A DNA stretch of 64,000 bases from an uncultured delta proteobacterium. GTDB taxonomy: Bacteria > Desulfobacterota > Desulfobacteria > Desulfobacterales > UBA2156. Both the position numbers and the translations under genes were made by a program. The notes under the pieces were generated by a model that searched no databases, had not been told where the DNA came from, and saw only the letters and a program-made list of their open reading frames with translations. The stretch lies in NCBI GenBank assembly GCA_963736855.1, contig CAVTQK010000009.1, positions 480,001 through 544,000 of the forward strand, written 5' to 3'. Each line of letters starts with the position of its first letter. Position 1 is the first letter of the stretch. Shown piece after piece: positions 1 to 9,270 of this stretch.

Positions 1-363
1 GTATCGCATCTGATTCAAAAAATTAAGAGCCATCCCCGCTATTCTGAAGCCGGTATGATCCTGATCCACAATGGTGTAGTTCGAAAGACCTCCAGGAACG
101 GAAAAACCGTGAAGGGATTGCGTATAAGCGTGGATCACACCAAGCTCCGGGAGGTCATTGCCGCATCTCAAAATCAGCCCGGCATTGTGGACATACTGGT
201 GGAAATTGCTGAAGATCAGGTCCTTTCTACAGGAGATGACGTGATGCTTCTAGTTGTCGCTGGAGATATCCGTGAAAATGTGATCCAAACCCTTTCTGAC
301 ACCCTCAATGCCATTAAGTCGACTGTTACCCGTAAAACCGAATTTTTCACGGAACAAGAGTGA
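1..363 (+). CDS. moaE: Molybdopterin synthase catalytic subunit MoaE-like protein (5' truncated by window edge)
   Basis: Frame is open from base 1 (VSHLIQKIKSHPRYSEAGMILIHNGVVR). Motifs HNGVVR and GDDVMLLVVAGDIR are typical of deltaproteobacterial MoaE. moaC lies nearby. Confidence 0.75.
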   Translation, partial: VSHLIQKIKSHPRYSEAGMILIHNGVVRKTSRNGKTVKGLRISVDHTKLREVIAASQNQPGIVDILVEIAEDQVLSTGDDVMLLVVAGDIRENVIQTLSDTLNAIKSTVTRKTEFFTEQE

Positions 364-393
364 ACCGATATCCGGTATTGTTCTGATATTGCC

Positions 394-1110
394 ATGGTGA
401 TCAAAAACGTCGTTTTAAAAGAGTTGATGAATCCAATTTTTCATTCCCCGATGAGCTTGGCTTTTGAATACTGTAAAGGAAAAGGGATTGAAATCGGTGC
501 TGCTGCTCATAACCCCTTTAGCCTCCCTGGATGTCTGAATCTGTCCATCTACTCAAACAAACCAAATAGCAGAGCCCATAAAGATTTTTTAATGTACCAG
601 CAAGCCCAGTGCAATATCTGTGGCGCCTATGCCTACATTGACATTGCATCGGAAGCGCAAGCCATTCCATTAAAATCCCGCTCACAAGATTATGTGATCA
701 GCTCTCACGTCATCGAACACATACCTGATCTGATCAGCGCATTTTTAGAATGGAATCGAATTGTTAAAGCCGGGGGAATCATCTTCATCATTTTCCCGAA
801 AAGAGATGCCATTCAGGCCGATTCCATCAGGCCCCTGACCCCGTTAGAACATTTCATCGAAGATTTCAAATTGAAGCGAAACGTTGACAGTCATCCTTTG
901 GATCCGGGTCATACTTTTTGGGGCCACTATCATGTCTTTTCCATTCAAACCATTTTGGACATCCTTGGATGGAGTCGGTCCCATGTCGGTTTAAATTGGA
1001 ATGTTGTGCTTAAAGAGGAGACCGATTCAAAAGTGGGAAACGGACACACCATTGTGTTGAGAAAAAAGAAATTCTCGTTTGATTGGTTAAAAGGAAAAGT
1101 TGGTGTCTGA
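394..1110 (+). CDS. Class I SAM-dependent methyltransferase domain protein
   Basis: GIEIGAAAH SAM-motif-like segment, DYVISSHVIEHIPD, and EWNRIVKAGGIIFIIFP. Confidence 0.7.
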   Translation: MVIKNVVLKELMNPIFHSPMSLAFEYCKGKGIEIGAAAHNPFSLPGCLNLSIYSNKPNSRAHKDFLMYQQAQCNICGAYAYIDIASEAQAIPLKSRSQDYVISSHVIEHIPDLISAFLEWNRIVKAGGIIFIIFPKRDAIQADSIRPLTPLEHFIEDFKLKRNVDSHPLDPGHTFWGHYHVFSIQTILDILGWSRSHVGLNWNVVLKEETDSKVGNGHTIVLRKKKFSFDWLKGKVGV

Positions 1111-1597
1111 ATTTACCCATATCGACGACAAGGGACAGGTTCGCATGGTGGATGTAACGGATAAAAAGAAAACCGTGCGCACCGCTAAAGCGCAGAGCTT
1201 CATTTTCATGAATCCGGATACCCTTGAGAAAATCCGGACACAAGGCGTTAAAAAAGGAAATGTCCTGGAAACGGCCCGAATCGCCGGAGTCATGGCAGCC
1301 AAAAAAACGTCAGAGCTGATCCCCATGTGCCATCCCCTCAGCATCACCCACGTCCAGATCGATTTTTTTCCCGAAACTCCAATGAGTGCCATCCGCGTCG
1401 AGGCCATCGTTCGCCTTGTCGGTGTGACGGGCGTGGAAATGGAAGCGCTGATAGCCGTTTCCGTTGCCGCCTTGACCATTTACGACATGTGTAAATCCTA
1501 CGATAAAAAAATGACTATATCCGACATCTGTCTTCTGGAAAAATCGGGCGGCCAAAGCGGCGATTTTTATCGGTATCCGGAAGTCCAACGCCAATGA
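1100..1597 (+). CDS. moaC: Cyclic pyranopterin monophosphate synthase MoaC
   Basis: FTHIDDKGQVRMVDV, LIPMCHP, TGVEMEAL, LTIYDMCK and LEKSGG signatures. Confidence 0.96.
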   Translation: MVSEFTHIDDKGQVRMVDVTDKKKTVRTAKAQSFIFMNPDTLEKIRTQGVKKGNVLETARIAGVMAAKKTSELIPMCHPLSITHVQIDFFPETPMSAIRVEAIVRLVGVTGVEMEALIAVSVAALTIYDMCKSYDKKMTISDICLLEKSGGQSGDFYRYPEVQRQ

Positions 1598-2784
1598 TCC
1601 GCTGGGCCTTTTCCTTTCTCTGCTTCCTTTTCATTATGATAGGTTGCACCGGGCCCATCACTCGGCATGACGACATCCATCTGAAAGTCGTTGCCCGAAA
1701 AGACCACCCTTGTTTTACCGATGATATGTGGTATGATGGGTTGGAGCAAGCCCTCCAACAAAGTCTTAAATATCTTCGGCGACTGGATCCGGATAAACTC
1801 TTTTTTTTTGGTAAAGAAACCTATTCGGTATCCCACGTAATCCGCTCGCTGGAATTTTTTTTGACATTCGTTCATACCCGGCCGTCCAGTCCGGAGTTAA
1901 ACCGCTTTGTCGAAGACCACTACCGGGTTTACAGGAGCGCGGTAGAGGGAAAACCTGGAGAAGTCTTTTTTACCGGTTACTATGAGCCGATCCTTGATGG
2001 GAGTCTGGAAAAAAACGGATCGTTCATCTATCCAGTATATGACAGACCCCTCGACTTGACTACCATCGATCTTGGGCTTTTCGACGATGCATGGAAGGGC
2101 AAAACCTTAATCGGCAGATATGACGGCCAGACGGTCGTGCCCTACCCTGACCGAAAAACCATCGATGCTGAGAACCGGTTGGAAGGAAAAGCAAAAGCTC
2201 TGGTGTGGTTGAAGGATCCGGTTGACACTTTCTTTTTACAGATCCAGGGTTCCGGAAAAGTCAATATTAACGGCCCTGAGCCGTTGAACATTCATTATCA
2301 CATCTCCAACGGCCGCCCCTACCGGAGCATCGGAAAGCTTCTCATTGAAACAAAGAAGATCGAACCTTCCAAAATGTCCATGCAAAGCATCCGGACCTAT
2401 CTTAAGAGTCATCCGGATGAACTCCAGGAGATCCTCAACTACAATCCCAGTTACGCCTTCTTCAAGACCGAAGAAGAAGGACCCAAAGGGTCTTTGGATG
2501 TGGTGCTGACACCAGGGCGCTCCATCGCGCTGGATCGCCGGCTCTTCCCGCCGGGTGCACTGGCCTTCATCGAAACCCACAAGCCCCTCGTGGATCCTGA
2601 TGGAACGATTCAAAAATGGAGCCGATTCGGCCGATTCGTCTTAAATCAGGATACCGGGGGGGCCATCAAAGGTCCAAGCCGCGCCGACCTGTTCTGGGGC
2701 AACGGACCGTATGCGGAAATCGCGGCAGGTCACATGCAGTATATGGGAACGCTTTACTTTTTAATACTGAAACCCGACGCCTGA
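1594..2784 (+). CDS. mltA: Membrane-bound lytic murein transglycosylase MltA (lipoprotein)
   Basis: Lipobox-like IGC, FTGYYEP, FFLQIQGSG, NPSYAFF, and 3D domain QDTGGAIKG..RADLFWG. Confidence 0.92.
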   Translation: MIRWAFSFLCFLFIMIGCTGPITRHDDIHLKVVARKDHPCFTDDMWYDGLEQALQQSLKYLRRLDPDKLFFFGKETYSVSHVIRSLEFFLTFVHTRPSSPELNRFVEDHYRVYRSAVEGKPGEVFFTGYYEPILDGSLEKNGSFIYPVYDRPLDLTTIDLGLFDDAWKGKTLIGRYDGQTVVPYPDRKTIDAENRLEGKAKALVWLKDPVDTFFLQIQGSGKVNINGPEPLNIHYHISNGRPYRSIGKLLIETKKIEPSKMSMQSIRTYLKSHPDELQEILNYNPSYAFFKTEEEGPKGSLDVVLTPGRSIALDRRLFPPGALAFIETHKPLVDPDGTIQKWSRFGRFVLNQDTGGAIKGPSRADLFWGNGPYAEIAAGHMQYMGTLYFLILKPDA

Positions 2785-2933
2785 CCCTTGCCGCAATACC
2801 CTTATCGCTCGTAACATTCCGATCCAACAGCATCCTTGACACCTTCAACTAAAACCTGTAGGAATACGGATCTTCTGTAACGCACATCGACAATAGACTG
2901 CAAATTCAGCCCCAGCGGATAAGGAGCTTTTTT

Positions 2934-3290
2934 ATGTTCGGCATCGGAGCGTCGGAGATGATCATGATCCTGGCCATCGCCGTTGTTGTGATCGGGCCTA
3001 AAAAGCTTCCGGATCTGGCGAAATCTTTAGGCCGCGCCCTCGGCGAATTCAAAAAGGCCACCCGGGATTTCAAGGAATCGCTGGAAGTCAACGATGATTT
3101 CAAAGAACTCAAAGAGGTTAAAAAGGCTTTCGACGATATCAATAAAGACATCCGGGAAGCCGGAAACATCCCGGAGACACCCGCCGAAAAAACCAAAACA
3201 ACGCCCCCCCAAGACACGGCAGAGATCCGGTCTGAAAATATGACAGCGGAAACGGAGGAATCCCCAAAAGATGGCCAAGGCATTAAATGA
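2934..3290 (+). CDS. tatB: Twin-arginine translocase TatA/TatB subunit
   Basis: MFGIGASEMIMILAIAVVVIGPKKLPDLAKSLGRALGEFKK; overlaps tatC. Confidence 0.85.
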   Translation: MFGIGASEMIMILAIAVVVIGPKKLPDLAKSLGRALGEFKKATRDFKESLEVNDDFKELKEVKKAFDDINKDIREAGNIPETPAEKTKTTPPQDTAEIRSENMTAETEESPKDGQGIK

Positions 3291-4023
3291 AGAGGACAAG
3301 CTTCCGTTCACCGCGCATCTGGAGGAGCTGAGGAAGCGGCTCATCGTCTGTTTCATTGCCATCGGCGTGGGGTTCGCCCTCTCATACGGTTTCAAGGAAA
3401 AACTCTTCGATATCTTGACCCGCCCTCTGATCGCGGCGATGCACGAGGGCGACAAACTGGTCTACACCGGCCTTCCCGAGGCTTTCTTCGCTTACATGAA
3501 GGTCGCTTTTCTGGCCGGCTTGATGCTTTCTGCACCTGTTATCTTGTACGAATTCTGGATGTTTGTGGCTCCCGGTCTGTACCAAAAAGAAAAACGGCTT
3601 CTTTTACCTTTCGTCTTCCTTTCTTCTTTTTTCTTTGTCGGCGGGGCTCTATTCGGCTATTTTGTAGTATTTCCCTTCGGATTCCAATTTTTCTTGAGTT
3701 TTTCCACAGAGACCATCAGGCCCCTTCCCTCCATGAAGGAATATCTGAGTCTTGCTTCCATGATGCTTTTGGCCTTCGGACTTGTCTTCGAGTTGCCGCT
3801 CTTGATCACCCTGCTTTCCCGGATGGGATTGGTTTCCGTGGCCTTTTTAAAGAAAAACCGGAAATACGCTATCTTATTGATTTTCATCGTGGCAGCCATC
3901 TTGACGCCGCCGGACGCGGTTACCCAGATCCTCATGGCAATTCCCATGATGGCTCTTTACGAAATCAGCATCATAGGCGCCCGGATTTTTGAAAGGAAAA
4001 AGCCGGAGGACGATGAAGTGTGA
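3271..4023 (+). CDS. tatC: Twin-arginine translocase TatC
   Basis: HLEELRKRL, FVAPGLY..EK, FGLVFELP and ILTPPD motifs with multiple TM segments. Confidence 0.96.
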   Translation: MAKALNEEDKLPFTAHLEELRKRLIVCFIAIGVGFALSYGFKEKLFDILTRPLIAAMHEGDKLVYTGLPEAFFAYMKVAFLAGLMLSAPVILYEFWMFVAPGLYQKEKRLLLPFVFLSSFFFVGGALFGYFVVFPFGFQFFLSFSTETIRPLPSMKEYLSLASMMLLAFGLVFELPLLITLLSRMGLVSVAFLKKNRKYAILLIFIVAAILTPPDAVTQILMAIPMMALYEISIIGARIFERKKPEDDEV

Positions 4024-4037
4024 AATCGTGTTTCCCA

Positions 4038-4067
4038 TTGACAAGCGATTAAAGAGCTTGATAGATA
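4038..4067 (+). promoter_or_regulatory. Putative sigma70 promoter of the cytochrome c3 gene
   Basis: TTGACA at 4038-4043 with a weak -10 (TAGATA) 18 bp downstream. A strong SD (AAGGAGG) precedes the ATG at 4117. Confidence 0.45.
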
Positions 4068-4116
4068 AACCTCGTTTTTCATGGATCATGAAAACCAACA
4101 GGAAAGGAGGTGAATA

Positions 4117-4608
4117 ATGGCTATGGGAAAACGGTCATGGATCGCAGTTGCAGTGATTGTAAGTGTTGCCGTCCTGTTTGCCGCCGGCAGCATCGTGGCA
4201 GCCGGGAAAGCGCCTGACACCATCAAGATGCAGAACAAGGCCTATGAGCACAAGAAAGGCATTGTGGAGTTCAGCCACAAAAAGCATTCGGCAGATTATG
4301 CGAAAAAGGCGCCGAATCTGTATAAAGACGCCTGTGGCGTATGCCACCATGATGACAAGGGAAAACCTCTGAGCGCTCTCAAGGAGACGGATGCGGTAAA
4401 AAGTTGCTTCGAGTGTCACAAGAAGCCAGGGGAAGCGCCCAAGGGAAAAGACGCCCCGAAGCTGGATAAAAAGGCAAAGTTGGAATACCACGCGGAGGCC
4501 TTGCATGAAAACTGCAGGGGGTGCCATAAGGATTACAACAAGGAATTCAAAACCAAAGACGCCCCCACGACTTGCGCCAAATGCCATCCGGGAGCCAAAG
4601 ACGAATAA
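4117..4608 (+). CDS. Periplasmic tetraheme class III cytochrome c3 (type I-like)
   Basis: Sec-type signal peptide, FSHKKH distal-His motif, four CXXCH motifs (CGVCH, CFECH, CRGCH, CAKCH), Lys-rich. Confidence 0.92.
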   Translation: MAMGKRSWIAVAVIVSVAVLFAAGSIVAAGKAPDTIKMQNKAYEHKKGIVEFSHKKHSADYAKKAPNLYKDACGVCHHDDKGKPLSALKETDAVKSCFECHKKPGEAPKGKDAPKLDKKAKLEYHAEALHENCRGCHKDYNKEFKTKDAPTTCAKCHPGAKDE

Positions 4609-4640
4609 TTCGGGTCCTGGATTCGCACTTCGTTTTAATT

Positions 4641-4683
4641 AAAAGGGCGATCGTCTCTTTCAGGGGCGATCGCCCCTTCTTTT
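4641..4683. terminator. Likely bidirectional intrinsic terminator between convergent cytochrome c3 and dsrN
   Basis: AAAA-GGGCGATCG...CGATCGCCC-CTTCTTTT: GC stem flanked by an A-tract and a T-rich tract, overlapping the dsrN stop. Confidence 0.7.
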
Positions 4684-6120
4684 GGATGAAAAGGTCCGCG
4701 CTTGATTGGTCATTGCCTCGGCCCACGATGGGGTTCCCAGTGCATGGATATGTGTGTAGGTGGCCAGCACATTTTTATAGCAGACCCCGTCTTTTCCATC
4801 CAGAAAACCACTCCCCCGTTTCATGATAAAAGCAAAATCTGCATCCTTGCCATCCCATTTAAGCACACTGGAATAGTGGAACTCATGACCCCGAATCTGT
4901 TCCCCGATCCGATAATAAGGATTTTCGGCAATGACTTCCACGACGGTATAGCCGTGCCCCTGGGGCCGTTTTGAAAATCCGAAGGTTACCGGCAACACCC
5001 CTGCCATCGGATACATCCCTTCTTTCAACACCAGCGCCTGACCCAGATACATCAGTCCGCCGCATTCCGCATAAACGGGGAGCCCGGCTTCCACCATGGA
5101 TCTGAGCGCTTCTTTGAATCGGATATTATCGGAAAGGGCGGCTGCGTGGGTTTCCGGGAAACCGCCGCCGATGTAAAGGGCGTCGATGTCCGGGATATTC
5201 TTTTCCGACAAGGGGCTGAAAAAGACCAGTTCAGCGCCGGCACAAGAAAGAGCCTCAAAATTTTCCGGATAATAAAACTGAAACGCGCTGTCCCGAATCA
5301 CGCCGATCTTCGGGGCCTGGGATTCAGGAACCGGGTATGTGACGCTATCTGCAATCCGGGTGATGGAAAGCGGTGGTTTTTTCGCAGGCTCGGTATCGGC
5401 CTCTTTTGGGGATTGTTTTTTTCTTTGCATCGGAATGCTTGCGGCGATGGTTTCTAAGGCGTCAAGGTCAATATATCGGTCGACCACCCGGGAGGCTTCT
5501 TCGATGGCTTCTTTGGCCCAGTCGTGTTCCGGGGTGGGAACGAGCCCCATGTGCCGCTCGGGAAAGCGCTGTCGGGTAAGCTTTGGAACGGCGCCCACCA
5601 CAGGAACCCCGCAGTAGTATTCGATGCTTTTTCTCTGAACAGCTTCATGGCGCACTCCGGCAACATGATTTAGAATGACGCCTTTAATGGAAACGTCCGG
5701 GTCCAGGTGCATGCAGCCCATGACCACCGCAGCCATGGTTCGTGTGGCTTTGGTGCTGTTGATGATCAGGATTACGGGGGCGCTTAAAAGTTTGGCCAGT
5801 TCCGCAGAGCTGGTTGACCCAAGATAATCAAGGCCGTCATATAACCCGCGATTCCCCTCGATGAGGGCGAAGTCGCCTTCCCGGCTGTGAAGAAAAAAAG
5901 AATCGAGGACAGCTTCGGAGGGAATCAGGAAGGTGTCCAGATTGTGACAGGGCCGGCCCGCCGCCAGGGTGAGCCAGCCCGCATCGATATAATCCGGACC
6001 TTTCTTGAATGGAATGACGCGCTTTCCCCGGGCCCGATATGCGGCAAGGATCCCGATGGAAAGAAAGGTCTTTCCGGATCCGCCGCGGCACGCCGCAATC
6101 ATGATCCGGGGAGTAGGCAT
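4660..6120 (-). CDS. dsrN: Cobyrinate a,c-diamide synthase family amidotransferase DsrN (siroheme amidase)
   Basis: GGSGKT, FKKGPDYID, EGNRGLYDG, ERHMGL, GGGFPE, YAECGGLMYL, GHEFHYS; directly downstream of dsrD. Confidence 0.9.
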   Translation of the reverse strand: MPTPRIMIAACRGGSGKTFLSIGILAAYRARGKRVIPFKKGPDYIDAGWLTLAAGRPCHNLDTFLIPSEAVLDSFFLHSREGDFALIEGNRGLYDGLDYLGSTSSAELAKLLSAPVILIINSTKATRTMAAVVMGCMHLDPDVSIKGVILNHVAGVRHEAVQRKSIEYYCGVPVVGAVPKLTRQRFPERHMGLVPTPEHDWAKEAIEEASRVVDRYIDLDALETIAASIPMQRKKQSPKEADTEPAKKPPLSITRIADSVTYPVPESQAPKIGVIRDSAFQFYYPENFEALSCAGAELVFFSPLSEKNIPDIDALYIGGGFPETHAAALSDNIRFKEALRSMVEAGLPVYAECGGLMYLGQALVLKEGMYPMAGVLPVTFGFSKRPQGHGYTVVEVIAENPYYRIGEQIRGHEFHYSSVLKWDGKDADFAFIMKRGSGFLDGKDGVCYKNVLATYTHIHALGTPSWAEAMTNQARTFSSKRRGDRP

Positions 6121-6161
6121 TTAAATCTGCTGTTGTAAAACGCGGATAAAATGAAGATCGA

Positions 6162-6398
6162 CTATTCGCCTTCTTCGGTCGCCGCCTGCTTGCCGGCCCC
6201 TTTGAGACCATACATGGATGTGCTCCCGCTGGACCAGAATTCCAGAACCTGCTCCTGAATCAACTGGTTGACGATCTTCTTGGCGTCCCTGGGCTTGGCG
6301 TCCAGGATCTTGGCCAAGTCGTTGAAATAGAACTTGCTCTTACCCTTCTTCTTTGAAAGTTCATCAATGATTTTTGCTTTTGCTTCCGCGTATTCCAT
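6162..6398 (-). CDS. dsrD: Dissimilatory sulfite reductase protein DsrD
   Basis: 78 aa with KSKFYFNDL and LEFWSSGSTSMYGLKG; follows dsrB. Confidence 0.95.
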   Translation of the reverse strand: MEYAEAKAKIIDELSKKKGKSKFYFNDLAKILDAKPRDAKKIVNQLIQEQVLEFWSSGSTSMYGLKGAGKQAATEEGE

Positions 6399-6425
6399 GG
6401 AGGTGTTCCTTTATTGAGGGTATAG

Positions 6426-6450
6426 GGGCAGGGGCCAAAAGCCCCTGCCC
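6426..6450 (-). other. GC-rich hairpin between dsrB and dsrD
   Basis: GGGCAGGGGC-caaaa-GCCCCTGCCC, a 10-bp perfect stem with no U-tract on the transcribed strand. Confidence 0.6.
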
Positions 6451-6458
6451 GGGTTGAA

Positions 6459-7607
6459 TTAGAACTTGAACTGCGTTGTCTGGCGCCAGGTGAAATAGGC
6501 CGGATCCCGGAAATCGTCGATGAGGTGATGGGTGAACTCGAGCTCGCATTTTTCAAAGAACCGCTCCCACCCGATCCTTTCAGCCCAATCGCCAAGGCGT
6601 TCGTATTTATGAGCATCCTTAGCGTAGGCTTCGACCATCTTCTTTATAGCGTCCGTCATCGTGGGCCAGCGTGGCATTTCATTGGGGATGAAGGCCACAA
6701 CGACCTTGGAAAACTTGGGCGCGGATATCCGGTTGGACACCTTGCCGCCCGCCATAAGCACGATGCCGTCACCCACGTCGTCGGCCAGCGGCATGGCCGG
6801 ACACATGGTATAGCAATTTCCGCAGAACATGCACCGCTCATTGTTAACAGACACGCTGTTAACCTTTTGTCCGCCGGGCAATTCCACTTTGGCCGGCTTG
6901 ATGGCCGCCGTGGGGCACGCGGCGATGGCCAGCGGGATCTCGCACATCTTATCCAGATATTCATGATCCAGCATGGGCGGTTTGCGGTGGTAACCGAGAA
7001 TCGCGATGTCCGAGCAGTGGACCGCGCCGCACATGTTCAGGCAGCAGGCCATCGAAACCCGGAGATGGGCCGGGAGTCGCATGTTGCGGAAATCGTCGAA
7101 CAGCACGTCCAAGGTGGCTTTCACCGTTCCAGATGCGTCCGTGGCCGGGGTGTGGCAATGGATCCATCCCTGTGTGTGGACGATATTGGAGATCCCGGCG
7201 CCGGTGCCGCCCACCGGGAACTTGTAAGAACCGCCGGAAAACTTCCGTTTCATCAGATCGTCGACCAGCGGTTTGACATTTTCTTTCTTGCTCACCAAGA
7301 ATTCGATGTTGTTTCGAGTGGTAAAACGCAGGTATCCGCCGCAATACTTGTCTGCAATCTCACAGATTTCCCGGATGTGGGTCACGCTCATGAGGCGGGC
7401 ACCGCCGCATCTGACCGTATAGATCTCATCCCCTGTCTCTGAAACGTGAACGAATACGCCGGGCTGTAGATATTCGTGATACAGCCACTTGCCTTTATTT
7501 TTGGCGATAACCGGCGGGTAAAACTCATCGTATTTTCTGGGACCGATGTCGGTGATCCGATCCGTCATCGGGTTGCTCGGATCGTATCCTGAAGATATGA
7601 ATGCCAT
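6459..7607 (-). CDS. dsrB: Dissimilatory sulfite reductase beta subunit
   Basis: [33 protein letters not shown], ferredoxin motif CMFCGNC, and ERIGWERFF. Confidence 0.99.
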   Translation of the reverse strand: MAFISSGYDPSNPMTDRITDIGPRKYDEFYPPVIAKNKGKWLYHEYLQPGVFVHVSETGDEIYTVRCGGARLMSVTHIREICEIADKYCGGYLRFTTRNNIEFLVSKKENVKPLVDDLMKRKFSGGSYKFPVGGTGAGISNIVHTQGWIHCHTPATDASGTVKATLDVLFDDFRNMRLPAHLRVSMACCLNMCGAVHCSDIAILGYHRKPPMLDHEYLDKMCEIPLAIAACPTAAIKPAKVELPGGQKVNSVSVNNERCMFCGNCYTMCPAMPLADDVGDGIVLMAGGKVSNRISAPKFSKVVVAFIPNEMPRWPTMTDAIKKMVEAYAKDAHKYERLGDWAERIGWERFFEKCELEFTHHLIDDFRDPAYFTWRQTTQFKF

Positions 7608-7619
7608 GGTCTTTACCCC

Positions 7620-8933
7620 CTATCTCTTGTGAAATTCTCTAAACTTGTTAATGTCTCGGGTCCATCCGCCTTCCACTTCTTCTTCTTTCCAGAAGATGTA
7701 GGGGTTGGATCGCGGCTCCTTCACCATTCTTGGATCCGGCGACAGGCCGGTGACTTCCAGGAGCTTCTGGAAACCCTGCCGTTTCATGAGTTCACCGAGA
7801 CGTTCGCGGTTCTTCCCTTCCTCCATCCACCAATCCCAGATCTTTTCGATGACTTCCTTGATCTCGTCATAGGGCTCTTCAACCTTTATGAAAGGTACCA
7901 GCAAGGAACCCATCTGGGCGCCGTCGAGAATCGGGGCCTTGGCGCCGACCAGCATGGACAGGCCCCGGTCATTTCCGATCCGAAGGGCTCTCGGCATGAC
8001 GCTGATGCAGTGCATGCACCGGGTGCATTCCTTGTTGTCGATCTTGAGCGTCGTGCCTTCCATCCACATGCACCTGGTGGGACACAGATCAAGGACCTCT
8101 TTCTGGATGTTGAATTTGCCCCAGTCCCGGCCCATGTGGGCGCCCGCGTTGGGTTTCAACTCGCCGCCGATGTAAGCCTGGACAGCTTTCTGATCGATGC
8201 GGATTGCGTCTCTCCAAGTGCCGATGAAGGAAATGTCGGCCCGGGCGATGGAGGCCACACAGCAGTTGGGGCATCCGTCGAATTTGAACTTGAATTTATA
8301 CGGAAAAGCCGGCCGGTGCAGCTCATCCTGGTAGGCGTTGGTCAAATCGTGGCATAGGGCCTGAGTATCGTAACACGCGTATTCACACCGGGCCTGGCCG
8401 ACGCAGTCCGAAGGAGTCCTCAGGTTCGAGCCCGACCCTCCAAGGTCCTGATTCAAGTTATGGGTCAGTTCATAAAAAATCTCTTCCAATTGGGGCGTTG
8501 TTGTCCCCAGGAAGATGATGTCGCCGGTGGAACCGTGCATGTTGGTGATACCGCTTCCCCGTAAATCCCAAAGATCACAGAGCTGCCTGAGGTATTCGGC
8601 GGTGTAGAACTTCCCAGCGGGCTGGGATACCCGCATGGTATGGAAATGGGCGACTCCCGGAAACATCTCGGGTTGGTCGCAGTACCGGCCGATGACGCCG
8701 CCGCCGTAACCGAAAACACCCACGATGCCGCCATGTTTCCAGTGGGTTCTACCATGTTTAAAAGAGAGTTCCAATACGCCGAGAAGGTCGTCGCAAACAT
8801 CCACGGGAATCTGATATTCAATTTTTCGTTCGTTTTTGGCCCGCGATGCCGCTTCCTGCTTAATGTCGGACACAAAACTCGGCCATGGGCCGGTTTCTAA
8901 TTGGTCCAACATCGGAGTTTGGTGTTTTGGCAT
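7620..8933 (-). CDS. dsrA: Dissimilatory sulfite reductase alpha subunit
   Basis: TPMLDQLETGPWPSFV, HWKHGGIVGVFGYGGGVIGRY, FPYKFKFKFDGCPNCC, CTRCMHC. Confidence 0.99.
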   Translation of the reverse strand: MPKHQTPMLDQLETGPWPSFVSDIKQEAASRAKNERKIEYQIPVDVCDDLLGVLELSFKHGRTHWKHGGIVGVFGYGGGVIGRYCDQPEMFPGVAHFHTMRVSQPAGKFYTAEYLRQLCDLWDLRGSGITNMHGSTGDIIFLGTTTPQLEEIFYELTHNLNQDLGGSGSNLRTPSDCVGQARCEYACYDTQALCHDLTNAYQDELHRPAFPYKFKFKFDGCPNCCVASIARADISFIGTWRDAIRIDQKAVQAYIGGELKPNAGAHMGRDWGKFNIQKEVLDLCPTRCMWMEGTTLKIDNKECTRCMHCISVMPRALRIGNDRGLSMLVGAKAPILDGAQMGSLLVPFIKVEEPYDEIKEVIEKIWDWWMEEGKNRERLGELMKRQGFQKLLEVTGLSPDPRMVKEPRSNPYIFWKEEEVEGGWTRDINKFREFHKR

Positions 8934-9099
8934 TGTTTTCCTCCATTCTTGATTGATGTTACCGTCTCTTATTGTTTCTTGTGAGAAATGGCCTTCTCTT
9001 TTATTACCCCTTGGTCACCCCCCCTCAAAATGATTTTCGTTTGATTCACCCGTAGTGATTATTCTCATATTAGAAAACTCTGAATATTCGAAAGAAAAG

Positions 9100-9128
9100 A
9101 CTATAGAAACAATAAAAAACCGTGTCAA
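9100..9128 (-). promoter_or_regulatory. sigma70-type promoter of dsrABD
   Basis: Minus strand reads TTGACA (9128-9123), 17-bp spacer, TATAGT (9105-9100), about 165 bp upstream of the dsrA ATG. Confidence 0.75.
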
Positions 9129-9270
9129 CAAAAAAAGCGGGTTGTTTTTATTTGGAAATCCCAACAGTTCGACAAAAAATGGCGTCGTCGCCAAACCCTG
9201 GTACCCGGTCTTTTCCAAACGGACCATATCTATGATTTATTCAGATTAAGGGCTGGATCGCCCTGGTGTT

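Noticed and set aside
6525..8357. Long plus-strand ORFs (305 and 242 aa) opposite dsrB/dsrA, and similar antisense ORFs elsewhere (e.g. 43946-45118, 22979-23764)
   Set aside because: They are antisense shadows of strongly codon-biased genes, with no recognisable motifs.
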